From Macrostomum lignano (Eukaryota), in NCBI GenBank assembly GCA_002269645.1, contig NIVC01003595.1, forward strand, positions 1 through 25,020: a stretch of DNA of 25,020 nucleotides, given 5' to 3'. The position numbers and the translations under genes were made by a program. Positions 1 through 12,288 of the stretch are shown here, piece after piece. The notes below the pieces were generated by a model, which was given only the letters and a program-made list of their open reading frames with translations, was not told the DNA's origin and made no database searches. Position 1 is the first letter of the stretch, and each line of letters opens with the position of its first letter.

Positions 1-3000
1 CTTCCCCTCTCTTCCTCCCCTTCCCTCTCTTCCTCAACTTCCCCTCTCTTCCTCCCTTCCCCTCTCTTCCTTCCCTTCCCCTCTCTTCCTCAACTTCCCT
101 CTCTTCCTCCCTTCCCTCTCTTCCTTCCCTTCCCCTCTCTTCCTCAACTTCCCTCTCTCCTCAACTTCCCCTCTCTTCCTCCCCTTCCCCTCTCTTCCTC
201 AACTTCCCCTCTCTTCCTCCCCCCCTCTCTTCCTTCCCTTCCCCTCTCTTCCTCAACTTCCCCTCTCTTCCTCCCCTTCCCTCTCTTCCTTCCCTTCCCC
301 TCTCTTCCTCCCAACTTCCCTCTCTTCCTCCCCTTCCCCTCTCTTTCCCTTCCCTCTCTTCCTCAACTTCCCCTCTCTTCCTCCCCCCTCTCTTCCTCCC
401 TTCCCCTCTCTTCCTCAACTTCCCCTCTCTCTCCCCTTCCCTCTCTTCCTCCCTTCCCTCTCTTCCTCCCCTTCCCCTCTCTTCCTCAACTTCCCCTCTC
501 TTCCTCCCCTTCCCCTCTCTTCCTCCCTTCCCCTCTCTTCCTCAACTTCCCCTCTCTTCCTCCTTCCCCTCTCTTCCTCAACTTCCCCTTCTTCCTCCCC
601 TTCCCTCTCTTCCTTCCCTTCCCCTCTCTTCCTCCCTTCCCCTCTCTTCCTCCCTTCCCCTCTCTTCCTCCCTTCCCTCTCTTCCTCCCTTCCCTCTCTT
701 CCTCCTTCCCCTCTCTTCCTCCTTCCCTCTCTTCCTCCTTCCCTCTCTTCCTCCTTCCCTCTCTTCCTCCCCTTCCCCTCTCTTCCTCCCCTTCCCCTCT
801 CTTCCTCCCCTTCCCCTCTCTTCCTCCCCTTCCCTCTCTTCCTCAACTTCCCCTCTCTTTCTCAACTTCCCCTCTCTTCCTCCCCTTCCCCTCTCTTCCT
901 CCCCTTCCCCTCTCTACCTCCCCTTCCCCTCTCTACCTCCCCTTCCCCTCTCTTCCTCCCCTTCCCCTCTCTTCCTCCCCTTCCCCTCTCTTCCTCCCCT
1001 TCCCCTCTCTTCCTCAACTTCCCCTCTCTTCCTCCCCTTCCCCTCTCTTCCTCAACTTCCCCTCTCTTCCTCCCTTCCCCTCTCTTCCTCAACTTCCCCT
1101 CTCTTCCTCCCCTTCCCCTCTCTTCCTCCCCTTCCCCTCTCTTCCTCCCCTTCCCCTCTCTTCCTCCCTTCCCTCTCTTCCTCAACTTCCCCTCTCTTCT
1201 CAACTTCCCCTCTCTTCCTCCCTTCCCTCTCTTCCTCCCCTTCCCCTCTCTTCCTCCCTTCCCCTCTCTTCCTCCTTCCCCTCTCTTCCTCCCCTTCCCC
1301 TCTCTTCCTCCTTCCCCTCTCTTCCTCCCCTTCCCCTCTCTTCCTCAACTTCCCCTCTCTTCCTCCCCTTCCCCTCTCTTCCTTCCCTTCCCTCTCTTCC
1401 TCCCCTTCCCCTCTCTTCCTTCCCTTCCCTCTCTTCCTCAACTTCCCCTCTCTTCCTCCCCTTCCCCTCTCTTCCTTCCCTTCCCCTCTCTTCCTCAACT
1501 TCCCCTCTCTTCCTCCCTTCCCTCTCTTCCTCAACTTCCCCTCTCTTCCTCCCCTTCCCCTCTCTTCCTCCCTTCCCTCTCTTCCTCAACTTCCCCTCTC
1601 TTCCTCCCCTTCCCCTCTCTTCCTCAACTTCCCCTCTCTTCCTCCCCTTCCCTCTCTTCCTCAACTTCCCCTCTCTTCCTCCCCTTCCCCTCTCTTCCTC
1701 CCCTTCCCCTCTCTTCCTCCCCTTCCCCTCTCTTCCTCCCTTCCCTCTCTTCCTCCTTCCCCTCTCTTCCTCCCCTTCCCCTCTCTTCCTCCCTTCCCCT
1801 CTCTTCCTCCTTCCCCTCTCTTCCTCCCCTTCCCCTCTCTTCCTCCTTCCCCTCTCTTCCTCCCCTTCCCTCTCTTCCTCAACTTCCCCTCTCTTCCTCC
1901 CTTCCCCTCTCTTCCTCAACTTCCCCTCTCTTCCTCCCTTCCCCTCTCTTCCTCCTTCCCTCTCTTCCTCCCCTTCCCCTCTCTTCCTTCCCTTCCCCTC
2001 TCTTCCTCAACTTCCCCTCTCTTCCTCCCCTTCCCTCTCTTCCTCCCCTTCCCCTCTCTTCCTCCCCTTCCCCTCTCTTCCTTCCCTTCCCCTCTCTTCC
2101 TCCCCTTCCCCTCTCTTCCTTCCCTTCCCTCTCTTCCTCAACTTCCCCTCTCTTCCTCCCCTTCCCCTCTCTTCCTTCCCTTCCCCTCTCTTCCTCAACT
2201 TCCCCTCTCTTCCTCCCCTTCCCCTCTCTTCCTTCCCTTCCCTCTCTTCCTCAACTTCCCCTCTCTTCCTCCCCTTCCCCTCTCTTCCTTCCCTTCCCCT
2301 CTCTTCCTCAACTTCCCCTCTCTTCCTCCCCTTCCCTCTCTTCCTCAACTTCCCCTCTCTTCCTCCCCTTCCCCTCTCTTCCTCAACTTCCCCTCTCTTC
2401 CTCCCCTTCCCCTCTCTTCCTCAACTTCCCCTCTCTTCCTCCCCTCCCCTCTCTTCCTTCCCTTCCCTCTCTTCCTCCTTCCCCTCTCTTCCTTCCTTCC
2501 CCTCTCTTCCTCCTTCCCCTCTCTTCCTCCCCTTCCCTCTCTTCCTCCTTCCCCTCTCTTCCTCCCCTTCCCCTCTCTTCCTCCTTCCCCTCTCTTCCTC
2601 CCCTTCCCCTCTCTACCTCCCCTTCCCCTCTCTTCCTCAACTTCCCCTCTCTTCCTCCCCTTCCCCTCTCTTCCTTCCCTTCCCCTCTCTTCCTCAACTT
2701 CCCTCTCTTCCTCCCTTCCCCTCTCTTCCTCCTTCCCCTCTCTTCCTCCCCTTCCCCTCTCTCCCCTTCCCCTCTCTTCCTTCCCTTCCCCTCTCTTCCT
2801 CCCCTTCCCCTCTCTTCCTCAACTTCCCCTCTCTTCCTCCCCTTCCCCTCTCTTCCTTCCCTTCCCTCTCTTCCTCCCCTTCCCCTCTCTTCCTTCCCTT
2901 CCCCTCTCTTCCTCAACTTCCCCTCTCTTCCTCCCCTTCCCTCTCTTCCTCAACTTCCCCTCTCTTCCTCCCCTTCCCCTCTCTTCCTCAACTTCCCCTC

Positions 3001-4530
3001 TCTTCCTCCCCTTCCCCTCTCTTCTTCCCTTCCCTCTCTTCCTCAACTTCCCCTCTCTTCCTCCCCTTCCCCTCTCTTCCTTCCCTTCCCCTCTCTTCCT
3101 CAACTTCCCCTCTCTTCCTCCCTTCCCTCTCTTCCTCAACTTCCCCTCTCTTCCTCCCCTTCCCCTCTCTTCCTCAACTTCCCCTCTCTTCCTCCCCTTC
3201 CCCTCTCTTCCTCAACTTCCCCTCTCTTCCTCCCCTCCCCCTCTCTTCCTTCCCTTCCCTCTCTTCCTCAACTTCCCCTCTCTTCCTCCCCTTCCCTCTC
3301 TTCCTCAACTTCCCCTCTCTTCCTCCCCTTCCCCTCTCTTCCTCAACTTCCCCTCTCTTCCTCCCCTTCCCCTCTCTTCCTCAACTTCCCCTCTCTTCCT
3401 CCCCTTCCCCTCTCTTCCTCAGCTTCCCCTCTCTTCCTCCCCTTCCCCTCTCTTCCTCCCCTTCCCCTCTCTTCCTCCCCTTCCCCTCTCTTCCTTCCCT
3501 TCCCCTCTCTTCCTCAACTTCCCCTCTCTTCCTCCCCTTCCCCTCTCTTCCTCAACGTCCCCTCTCTTCCTTTCCTTCCCCTCTCTTCCTCAACTTCCCC
3601 TCTCTTCCTCCCCTTCCCCTCTCTTCCTTCCCTTCCCCTCTCTTCCTCAACTTCCCCTCTCTTCCTCCCCTTCCCCTCTCTTCCTTCCCTTCCCTCTCTT
3701 CCTCAACTTCCCCTCTCTTCCTCCCCTTCCCTCTCTTCCTCAACTTCCCCTCTCTTCCTCCCCTTCCCCTCTCTTCCTCAACTTCCCCTCTCTTCCTCCC
3801 CTTCCCCTCTCTTCCTCAACTTCCCCTCTCTTCCTCCCCTTCCCCTCTCTTCCTTCCCTTCCCTCTCTTCCTCAACTTCCCCTCTCTTCCTCCCCTTCCC
3901 TCTCTTCCTCCCCTTCCCCTCTCTTCCTCCCCTTCCCCTCTCTTCCTCAACTTCCCCTCTCTTCCTTCCCTTCCCTCTCTTCCTCAACTTCCCCTCTCTT
4001 CCTCCCCTTCCCCTCTCTTCCTCAACTTCCCCTCTCTTCCTCCCCTTCCCCTCTCTTCCTCAACGTCCCCTCTCTTCCTTTCCTTCCCCTCTCTTCCTCA
4101 ACTTCCCCTCTCTTCCTCCCCTTCCCCTCTCTTCTTCCCTTCCCCTCTCTTCCTAACTTCCCCTCTCTTCCTCCCCTTCCCCTCTCTTCCTTCCCTTCCC
4201 TCTCTTCCTCAACTTCCCCTCTCTTCCTCCCTTCCCCTCTCTTCCTTCCCTTCCCCTCTCTTCCTCAACTTCCCCTCTCTTCCTCCCCTTCCCCTCTCTT
4301 CCTTCCCTTCCCTCTCTTCCTCAACTTCCCCTCTCTTCCTCCCCTTCCCCTCTCTTCCTCCTCTTCCCTTCTCTTCCTCCCCTTCCCCTCTCTTCCTCCT
4401 CTTCCCCTCTCATCCCTTCCCCTCTCTTCCTCTCCTTCCCCTCTCTACCTCTCCTTCCCCTCTCTACCTCTCTGCTCTCTCTTTTCCCCTTTCCCCTCTT
4501 TCTTCCCTTTTCGCTCTTCCCTCATCTTTC
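1..4530. repeat. Polypyrimidine/polypurine minisatellite, ~19-22 nt unit (CTTCCCCTCTCTTCCTC followed by CC or AA); probably intronic in GTF3C3 and continuing past the left window edge
   Basis: The + strand is almost only C/T for 4.5 kb with recurring AACTTCCCCTCTCTTCCTC / CCCTTCCCCTCTCTTCCTC units. It ends ~65 nt before a GTF3C3 exon. Confidence 0.97.
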
Positions 4531-4595
4531 CTCCCATAGTTTCAGCTCCACCGAGCAGCCACAGAAAACCTAAATTGACTCTCCATGCCATCCAG

Positions 4596-4936
4596 GTGAG
4601 CCTCGGCCAGAGCGCCGAAGCCCTGGAGACGCTCCGCCTGCCCGCATCGGCCGCTGACTCCGCCATCGACTCCACGGCCGAGTCTGCTAAGCTGGCGCTC
4701 AATCGCTGCCTGATGCTGATGCACCGGGACCCCGCGGCCTTCGAGCTCGAGGCCTGGCGACTCGTCTTCGGCCGGCTGGAGCCGCTGTTCGCCGACCTCG
4801 GCTGCGCCAGCCTGGCCGACATGCAGGCCCTGTTCACCAGGGGCCGGAGGGCGGACAGCCTGGTGGACCGGGCCAGCAAAGCCTTTGGCCGGGCCGTGGC
4901 CAACCTCAACCCGGATGATCTCTGGGATGTGTACAG
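4596..4936 (+). CDS. GTF3C3: General transcription factor IIIC subunit 3 (TFIIIC102/Tfc4, TPR protein), internal exon; upstream exons are outside the window
   Basis: VSLGQSAEALETL...AKLALNRCLMLMH...NLNPDDLWDVY resembles the human GTF3C3 region QLGQPEKALEAL...LKLLLHRSTLL...VLTKDDWWNLL (from memory). Acceptor TCCAG ends at 4595 (alternatives at 4539/4545); donor CAG|GTGGGC at 4937, phase 2. Confidence 0.8.
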
Positions 4937-5019
4937 GTGGGCTGGCTATTAACTTTTTCTTTTACACGAATTCAGTTCCCTTTGACAGCTAGACAGACTC
5001 GCAAAGACCCTTCTGGACA

Positions 5020-5578
5020 AATCGCTCATAGACACCCCCGCAAGGAATCACCCCTGGACACCCCCACAAGGAATCGCCCATCGACACCCCCGCAAGGAAT
5101 CGCCCCTGGACACCTCCGCAAGGAATCGCCCCTAGACACCCCCTGCAAGGAATCGCCCCTAGACACCCCCTGCAAGGAATCGCCCCTAGACACCCCCTGC
5201 AAGGAATCGCCCCTAGACACCCCTGCAAGGAATCGCCCATAGAAGCTCCCGCAAGGAATCGCCCATGGACACCGCCACAAGGAATCGCCCATGGGCACCA
5301 CCACAAGGAATCGCCCATAGACACCCCTAAGGAATTGCCCCTGGACACCCCGCAAGAAATCGCCCCTAGACACCCCCTGCAAGGAATCGCCCCTAGACAC
5401 CCCCTGCAAGGAATCGCCCCTAGACACCCCCTGCAAGGAATCGCCCCTAGACACCCCCTGCAAGGAATCGCCCCTAGACACCCCCTGCAAGGAATCGCCC
5501 CTAGACACCCCCTGCAAGGAATCGCCCATAGAAGCTCCCGCAAGGAATCGCCCATGCACACCACCACAAGGAATCGCA
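5020..5578. repeat. Intronic minisatellite, 26-27 nt unit GGAATCGCCCCTAGACACCCCCTGCAA
   Basis: About 20 tandem copies between the donor at 4937 and the acceptor at 5623. Confidence 0.95.
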
Positions 5579-5623
5579 CCTCACCCCCCCCGTCATTCGT
5601 GCCCCCGCCCCCCTCGCACGCAG

Positions 5624-6192
5624 GCACCTAGTTCAGCGGCTGTACGAGTCGCGTCAGTGGGAGCGGCTGGACCTGGCCACCACCTGGGCCCTCTACCATC
5701 CCGCATTCAGCGGTAACAGGCGCCGCTGCGAGCAGATCAACCTGTTGGCTCTGACCAGCGCATTCTACACCAAGTCCGTGGCCTCGGTGCTGCACATCGC
5801 CAAGGACTTCTGCTGTCGCTATCAGGACCGCAGCACCGGGCCGAACACCCTGGGCCTGGTGCCGGCCTCACCCAGTGCAGCGAGCGGATGCCGCTTCGCA
5901 TGGCCGCCCGGCTGCCCCGCCTGCGCTACCCGCTGCTGCTCATGACCGCTCAGGGCTTCCTGCTTACCGGCAAGTACCGGCGAGCCCTGCTGGCGCTCAC
6001 GCATCTGCGCCGGGTTCGCCAGGATGACCCGCTGGTGCCCCTGCTGGCCGCGTCCGCCTTCGCCTCGCTGGCCTGCCAGCGGCACCTGGCCAATCGGCAT
6101 TTCTTTGTGGCCAACGCCTGTGCAATGCTCACCTGCTACGCCCAACTGCGGGCCCCGCATGGCTGCCAGGAGGTTGCCTACAATACTGCCAG
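5624..6192 (+). CDS. GTF3C3: GTF3C3 penultimate exon, with an apparent 1-nt deletion at ~5860
   Basis: Acceptor CGCAG ends at 5623 and phase 2 matches the previous exon (R-HLVQRLYESRQW...). The reading continues, after a frame switch, into AGLTQCSERMPLRM...GKYRRAL...DDPLVPLL...GCQEVAYNTAR, matching the GTF3C3 C-terminal TPRs (human GSFKHAL...DEPLYSF...PCQESFYNLGR). Donor CAG|GTACAT at 6193. Confidence 0.88.
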
Positions 6193-6224
6193 GTACATGA
6201 ACTTACCGCCATCATCGTCTCCCT

Positions 6225-6492
6225 CATCCACCATCACCGCCAATCACCCTCTCCCTCACCCACCATCACCGCCAATCACCCTCTCCCTCACCCACCATCA
6301 CCGCCAATCACCCTCTCCCTCACCCACCATCACCGCCAATCACCCTCTCCCTCACCCACCATCACCGCCAATCACCCTCTCCCTCATCCACCATCACCGC
6401 CAATCACCCTCTCCCCCTCACCCACCATCACCGCCAATCACCCTCTCCCTCACCCACCATCGTCAATCACCCTTTCCCTCACCCACCATCAT
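6225..6492. repeat. Intronic minisatellite, ~32 nt unit CACCATCACCGCCAATCACCCTCTCCCTCACC
   Basis: About 8 copies inside the 318-nt intron 6193-6510. Confidence 0.93.
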
Positions 6493-6510
6493 CTCTCATC
6501 GCTCCCGCAG

Positions 6511-6718
6511 GATTCTGCACCGCCTCGGCCTGTTGCGCCACGCCGCCGCAGGCTACGAGCGCGCCCTGAACGCCCAGCCGGAGGGCGAGACGGCCGAGCA
6601 ACGGCAACGGAACGATCTGCGACCAACGGCGGCGCACAACCTGCTGGTGCTGTACAAGTCTGTTGGGAACGAGGCCATGGTGTCCCGGCTGCTCAGGGAG
6701 CATCTGGTTATTCACTGA
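6511..6718 (+). CDS. GTF3C3: GTF3C3 terminal coding exon
   Basis: Acceptor CCCGCAG ends at 6510. (R)ILHRLGLLRHAAAGYERAL...DLRPTAAHNLLVLYKSVGNEAMVSRLLREHLVIH* matches the conserved end of GTF3C3 (human GLHQLGLIHLAIHYYQKAL...DLRRDIAYNLSLIYQSSGN). TGA at 6716-6718. Confidence 0.92.
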
Positions 6719-6803
6719 TTAATAACCATGCGGGAAGTGCCTTTTGTGGCTTGAAATTAAACTAAAAAACTTACGTAGTAAAAGGTTTTTATATTTGTCT
6801 TAG

Positions 6804-7885
6804 ATCTACCAAGTTAGAAGAGGGTGTTTATCTGTGTTTATAATCTACCAAGTTAGAAGAGGGTGTTTATCTGTGTTTATAAGCTACCAAGTTAGGAAAG
6901 GGGTGTTTATCTGTGTTTACAATCTACCAAGTTAGAAGAGGGTGTTTATCTGTGTTTATAATCTACCAAGTTAGAAGAGGATGTTTATCTGTGTTTATAA
7001 TCTACCAAGTTAGGAAAGGGGTGTTTATCTGTGTTTATAATCTACCAAGTTAGAAGAGGATGTTTATCTGTGTTTATAAGCTACCAAGTTAGAAGAGGAT
7101 GTTTATCTGTGTTTACAATCTACCAAGTTAGAAGAGGATGTTTATCTGTGTTTATAAGCTACCAAGTTAGAAGAGGATGTTTATCTGTGTTTATAAGCTA
7201 CCAAGTTAGAAGAGGGTGTTTATCTGTGTTTATAAGCTACCAAGTTAGAAGAGGATGTTTATCTGTGTTTACAATCTACCAAGTTAGAAGAGGGTGTTTA
7301 TCTGTGTTTATAATCTACCAAGTTAGAAGAGGATGTTTATCTGTGTTTATAATCTACCAAGTTAGGAAAGGGGTGTTTATCTGTGTTTATAATCTACCAA
7401 GTTAGAAGAGGATGTTTATCTGTGTTTATAAGCTACCAAGTTAGAAGAGGATGTTTATCTGTGTTTACAATCTACCAAGTTAGAAGAGGATGTTTATCTG
7501 TGTTTATAAGCTACCAAGTTAGAAGAGGATGTTTATCTGTGTTTATAAGCTACCAAGTTAGAAGAGGGTGTTTATCTGTGTTTATAAGCTACCAAGTTAG
7601 AAGAGGATGTTTATCTGTGTTTATAAGCTACCAAGTTAGAAGAGGGTGTTTATCTGTGTTTACAATCTACCAAGTTAGAAGAGGATGTTTATCTGTGTTT
7701 ATAATCTACCAAGTTAGGAAAGGGGTGTTTATCTGTGTTTATAATCTACCAAGTTAGAAGAGGATGTTTATCTGTGTTTATAAGCTACCAAGTTAGAAAA
7801 GGGTGTTTATCTGTGTTTACAATCTACCAAGTTAGAAAAGGGTGTTTATCTGTGTTTATAATCTACCAAGTTAGAAAAGGGTGTT
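6804..7885. repeat. 39-nt minisatellite ATCTACCAAGTTAGAAGAGGGTGTTTATCTGTGTTTATA with a 352-bp higher-order period
   Basis: About 28 copies. A 40-nt variant (TTAGGAAAGGGG) recurs at ~7013, ~7365 and ~7717 (8x39+40=352). Confidence 0.96.
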
Positions 7886-8775
7886 CATCCAATAGAGCTT
7901 GCTAGTTTAAATCGTTATTATTTCCTATATAATCTGTTTCTGCTTCAATTTTGCCTGACAATTGCATTTTGTACTAACAGCAACTGTTTGTAAATACACT
8001 GCGCGCAAACTTATTTTTGCATTGCGGCATAGCGAGTTCGCTTGCTCATTATTATTCAATGTGCGCTGGCGTAGCGCGGCTAATCCTTTCTGTGAACTCA
8101 AGTTTCTGCTTCATTCAACTTTGTCGACTGCTTGCAGCAAATGTGGGGTGTCTTCATGGCCTATTACATGTCATCCTGGGTGTCCAAGGTTTTTAGTTAG
8201 TTTATATAGCTTATAGCACACACACAAGCACACAGATGCGCTCGCACGTGCACACAGGGTGTTACAGCGGACTTACACTTGGTGTCTGCGCCTGTGTTTT
8301 TAATTTACTGACAGAACAGATTTCTGGTTCATTGAGTGCGCTTTGGGGATGCGCTCTAATAAGGGGAGTGGATGGGCGCTGGGTCTCGAACCGCAGCTTG
8401 TTGATGATCCACCACCAGAAGTCGAGGAAATTCAACGGGGCGGACTTCTTTGATAGGCCAAGATTTTCGTGGAGATTTCCTTGGCCACACAAACATTCAT
8501 GAGCGCTACTCATGCTCAAGCTGGAACGCATGTAGAAGGGAAGCGAAACTTATCTATCAGCGTGTCGTTCAGTCAAGCTTTGGATTCTAACCTCCAGCAT
8601 CTGATAACTCTAACATCAAGTCAGTCAAGCTACACGAGTGATACATTGTTTTACCAAGGACGACTTAAGTAGAAGGACGAGAAACCTCGTTTCTTATAAA
8701 AATTTTAAAGGCAGGTTTTCCGAAAAAAAATGGACTACGGAGATAGGAAGCTTTCATTTTTCAGCACAAAAATTG

Positions 8776-9230
8776 TTATTGCTTTTGATAGGAGGCAGAT
8801 CCAGTGTTCATATTTTGATATGTTCTGCCTTTCTTATTGCTCTATCGATATTCATGAGCTTTTCATTTAGACAATTTAGATTCTATGTTAATTTTTTATT
8901 CTACGTACATTTCATGTGCGTAAAAATCCTAAAAATGCATGGCACATCTCGACTCTGGTTTTATAAATCTATTTTATCATCTCTGTTACACATTATTATT
9001 GCTCAGACAGCTAAGAATCATAAAATAGATTCATAAAACCGATGAGCCGAGCCGTGCCATTTTTTTAAATGGTTTTTAGTCACAGGGCATATGGAATTCT
9101 GTGTAGAATAAAACATTAACATGAATCCTAATTTTCTGAACGAAAAGCTTTATGAATATCGATAGAGCAATAAGAAAGGCACAGCATATCAAAAGATGAT
9201 CACTGGATCTGCCTCCTATCAAAGCAATAA
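8776..9230. mobile_element. Foldback/MITE-like element: ~200-bp inverted arms around a ~42-bp spacer
   Basis: TTATTGCTTTTGATAGGAGGCAGATCCAGTG (from 8776) is the reverse complement of CACTGGATCTGCCTCCTATCAAAGCAATAA (to 9230). Pairing continues inward to GTTTTATAAATCTATTTTAT / ATAAAATAGATTCATAAAAC. No clear TSD. Confidence 0.8.
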
Positions 9231-9655
9231 GAAACGTTGTGTTTCTCGCACATTGCAAAATTAGAATCAGTTTGCTCGTGTTGCTGTGTTTGACACCTAG
9301 AAAATAAAATGAAGTCCAACTGGTCGAAAGCTATTCAGCTGCAGACCGCAGACTTGATTTTTCTGTTTTGAATTTGAAAAGAAAGTTAAAAGTTCAATAT
9401 TCGATAGAACAAGCACTTGCTTCTATTTAAATAGCAAACACTTGTTCAACACGTCAGCAAAAATTGGGAAATCTGCCGGCAAACACCTAGATTCGGCAGG
9501 TGGTCAAAGTCAGCCGAAAAGCAACTTCGCTGTCATGAAGCTCTCGATCTCGAGTAAGAAACTTCGCAAAAAATCTGCAAAACTGCCAGCTCAGCAAGTT
9601 GCCAACCTGCAGGTGAGATTGCGACCGCCTGCCGAGATGCCAGGTCCGGCGACAG

Positions 9656-9663
9656 CATAAAAG
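9656..9663 (+). promoter_or_regulatory. TATA-like box (CATAAAAG) of the Arg-rich secreted-protein gene
   Basis: It lies ~30 nt before an Inr-like TCTAGTC (~9692) and ~60 nt before the ATG, which has an A at -3 (CAAACATG). Confidence 0.4.
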
Positions 9664-9706
9664 CGGGCCAGTTTTGATGCCGAAAATCCAATCTAGTCGC
9701 CACTGA

Positions 9707-11002
<1,296 letters not shown>

Positions 11003-11279
11003 GAGAAGAAACAGCCGTCGTGTCAGACGTACCGCCAGACGGGATGAAGACGCTGTCTCGCTGGCTGAAATTTGTTCGTGAAATTGATTACTTTTCGGGT
11101 TTTGGTGATTAAAACTTGTCGTGATATTTGTTGGTGTTTCGGAAATATATAAACTCTTGTCTACTTAACGATTCGGTTGACTTTTAGTTATTTGGGGTCT
11201 TAAGTATAATATTAACTGTAGGGTCCCTGTTAGGGTCTCTCTAACTGTAGGGTCCCTGTTAGGGTCTCTATTAACATGT

Positions 11280-11750
11280 ATGGTCCCTGTTTACAAAAGA
11301 ATAATTGATTACATACAGAGGATTACATTTCTTTTTAAATCTTTTAAAGCATACCCGAGAGTATGTAAGCTGCAAGACTTACACGAAAACACACTGTACC
11401 GAGTGAAAAGCGGAGAAGGAACGAGCGAAGGATGGATGCCAGAGCGCGGCCTCAGAGAAGGGTGCCCCACGTCACCGGTTTTGTTCAACATCTATCATCA
11501 GGCGTGGAGAAATAACAGGAACACCGATCATCAGTATCGCAGAGAGAGAGAGAGAGACAGGAAGAAGCGAAAAGATCTGGGGTCGTGTGTTGGATTGAGT
11601 GAAGTTGGCCCCCGGGACACTCATTACCACCGCAACACAGGTACCAGTACAGCTCGGAGAACCAAGCCCACATGTTCCAGACTTCTCTCTTCGCGGATGA
11701 CATCACCCTAATCGGGAACCGCGGAGAATTGCTGGCGGTCTCGAAACAAC
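11280..11750 (+). mobile_element. Degenerate non-LTR retrotransposon (RTE-like) reverse transcriptase fragment
   Basis: LHENTLYRVKSG...RGLREGCPTSPVLFNIYHQA and, after a disruption, SLFADDITLIG at ~11685-11715 (RT motifs). Confidence 0.8.
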
Positions 11751-11759
11751 CAAAAAGCC

Positions 11760-12270
11760 GGCTTTCGCAGGCACCGGAGCTGCAAAGAGCAGATCAGCCG
11801 CATTTGCCAAGACATTTTCGACGGACTAGAGGCTAGCCAGTCACTGTGCAGCATCCTGGCATTGCTCGACTTCAGCCGCGCCGATGACAGGGTGTAGCGC
11901 CGGGCTCTTTATGCCAGGCTCCTAAGAATGGTCGTCAGCCACCGCATGGCCCAGTGGATCAGGGGATTTCTCTGCCAAAGACGCGCCCGAGTCCGCTGGA
12001 ATGCCGCCCTCAGTTGAGAGAGAAGTTTCCATGAAGGTCTCCCACAGAGCAGCGTCATCGCCTCGACGTTATGGAACGTGTACGTCAATGACCTGGTCGA
12101 AACCGTTAACCAAGTGGCCCCGGGCATTGGCATCAGCGTCTATGCCGATTACAGCGCGCTGCTGAGCACAGCTAACTCGCTCCACCGCTGTGCCGATAAC
12201 CTGCAACCGACCCTGGACGCGGTACACACCTGGTGCGTCACCTGGAAGGTCGAGATGAGCCCATCAGTGA
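11760..12270 (+). mobile_element. Second LINE RT fragment (I/Jockey-like), pseudogenised
   Basis: QISRICQDIFDGL...LALLDFSRADDRV*...QWIRGFL...GLPQSSVIASTLWNVYVND...SVYADY (degenerate DFSKAFDRV, GxPQGS, YADD motifs), with in-frame stops. Confidence 0.85.
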
Positions 12271-12288
12271 TCCCATCAGTAGCATCAG

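Noticed and set aside
161-3987. Many minus-strand K/R/E/G-rich ORFs
   Set aside because: They are translations of the purine strand of the minisatellite, starting at TTG; the repeat simply lacks stop codons.
4989-5045. Possible small GTF3C3 exon (LDRLAKTLLDKSLI)
   Set aside because: The direct 4936>5624 splice already gives a continuous alignment to GTF3C3; no donor follows and it merges into the repeat.
7962-8672. Short ORFs on both strands, including an 'LNFLDF' RT-like motif at 8262-8531 (-)
   Set aside because: No further RT or other family motifs, no splice structure, and lengths expected by chance.
9485-9640. Short inverted repeat CGGCAGGTGGTC / GACCGCCTGCCG upstream of the secreted-protein gene
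   Set aside because: Only ~12-17 bp and no TSD; cannot tell a MITE remnant from chance.
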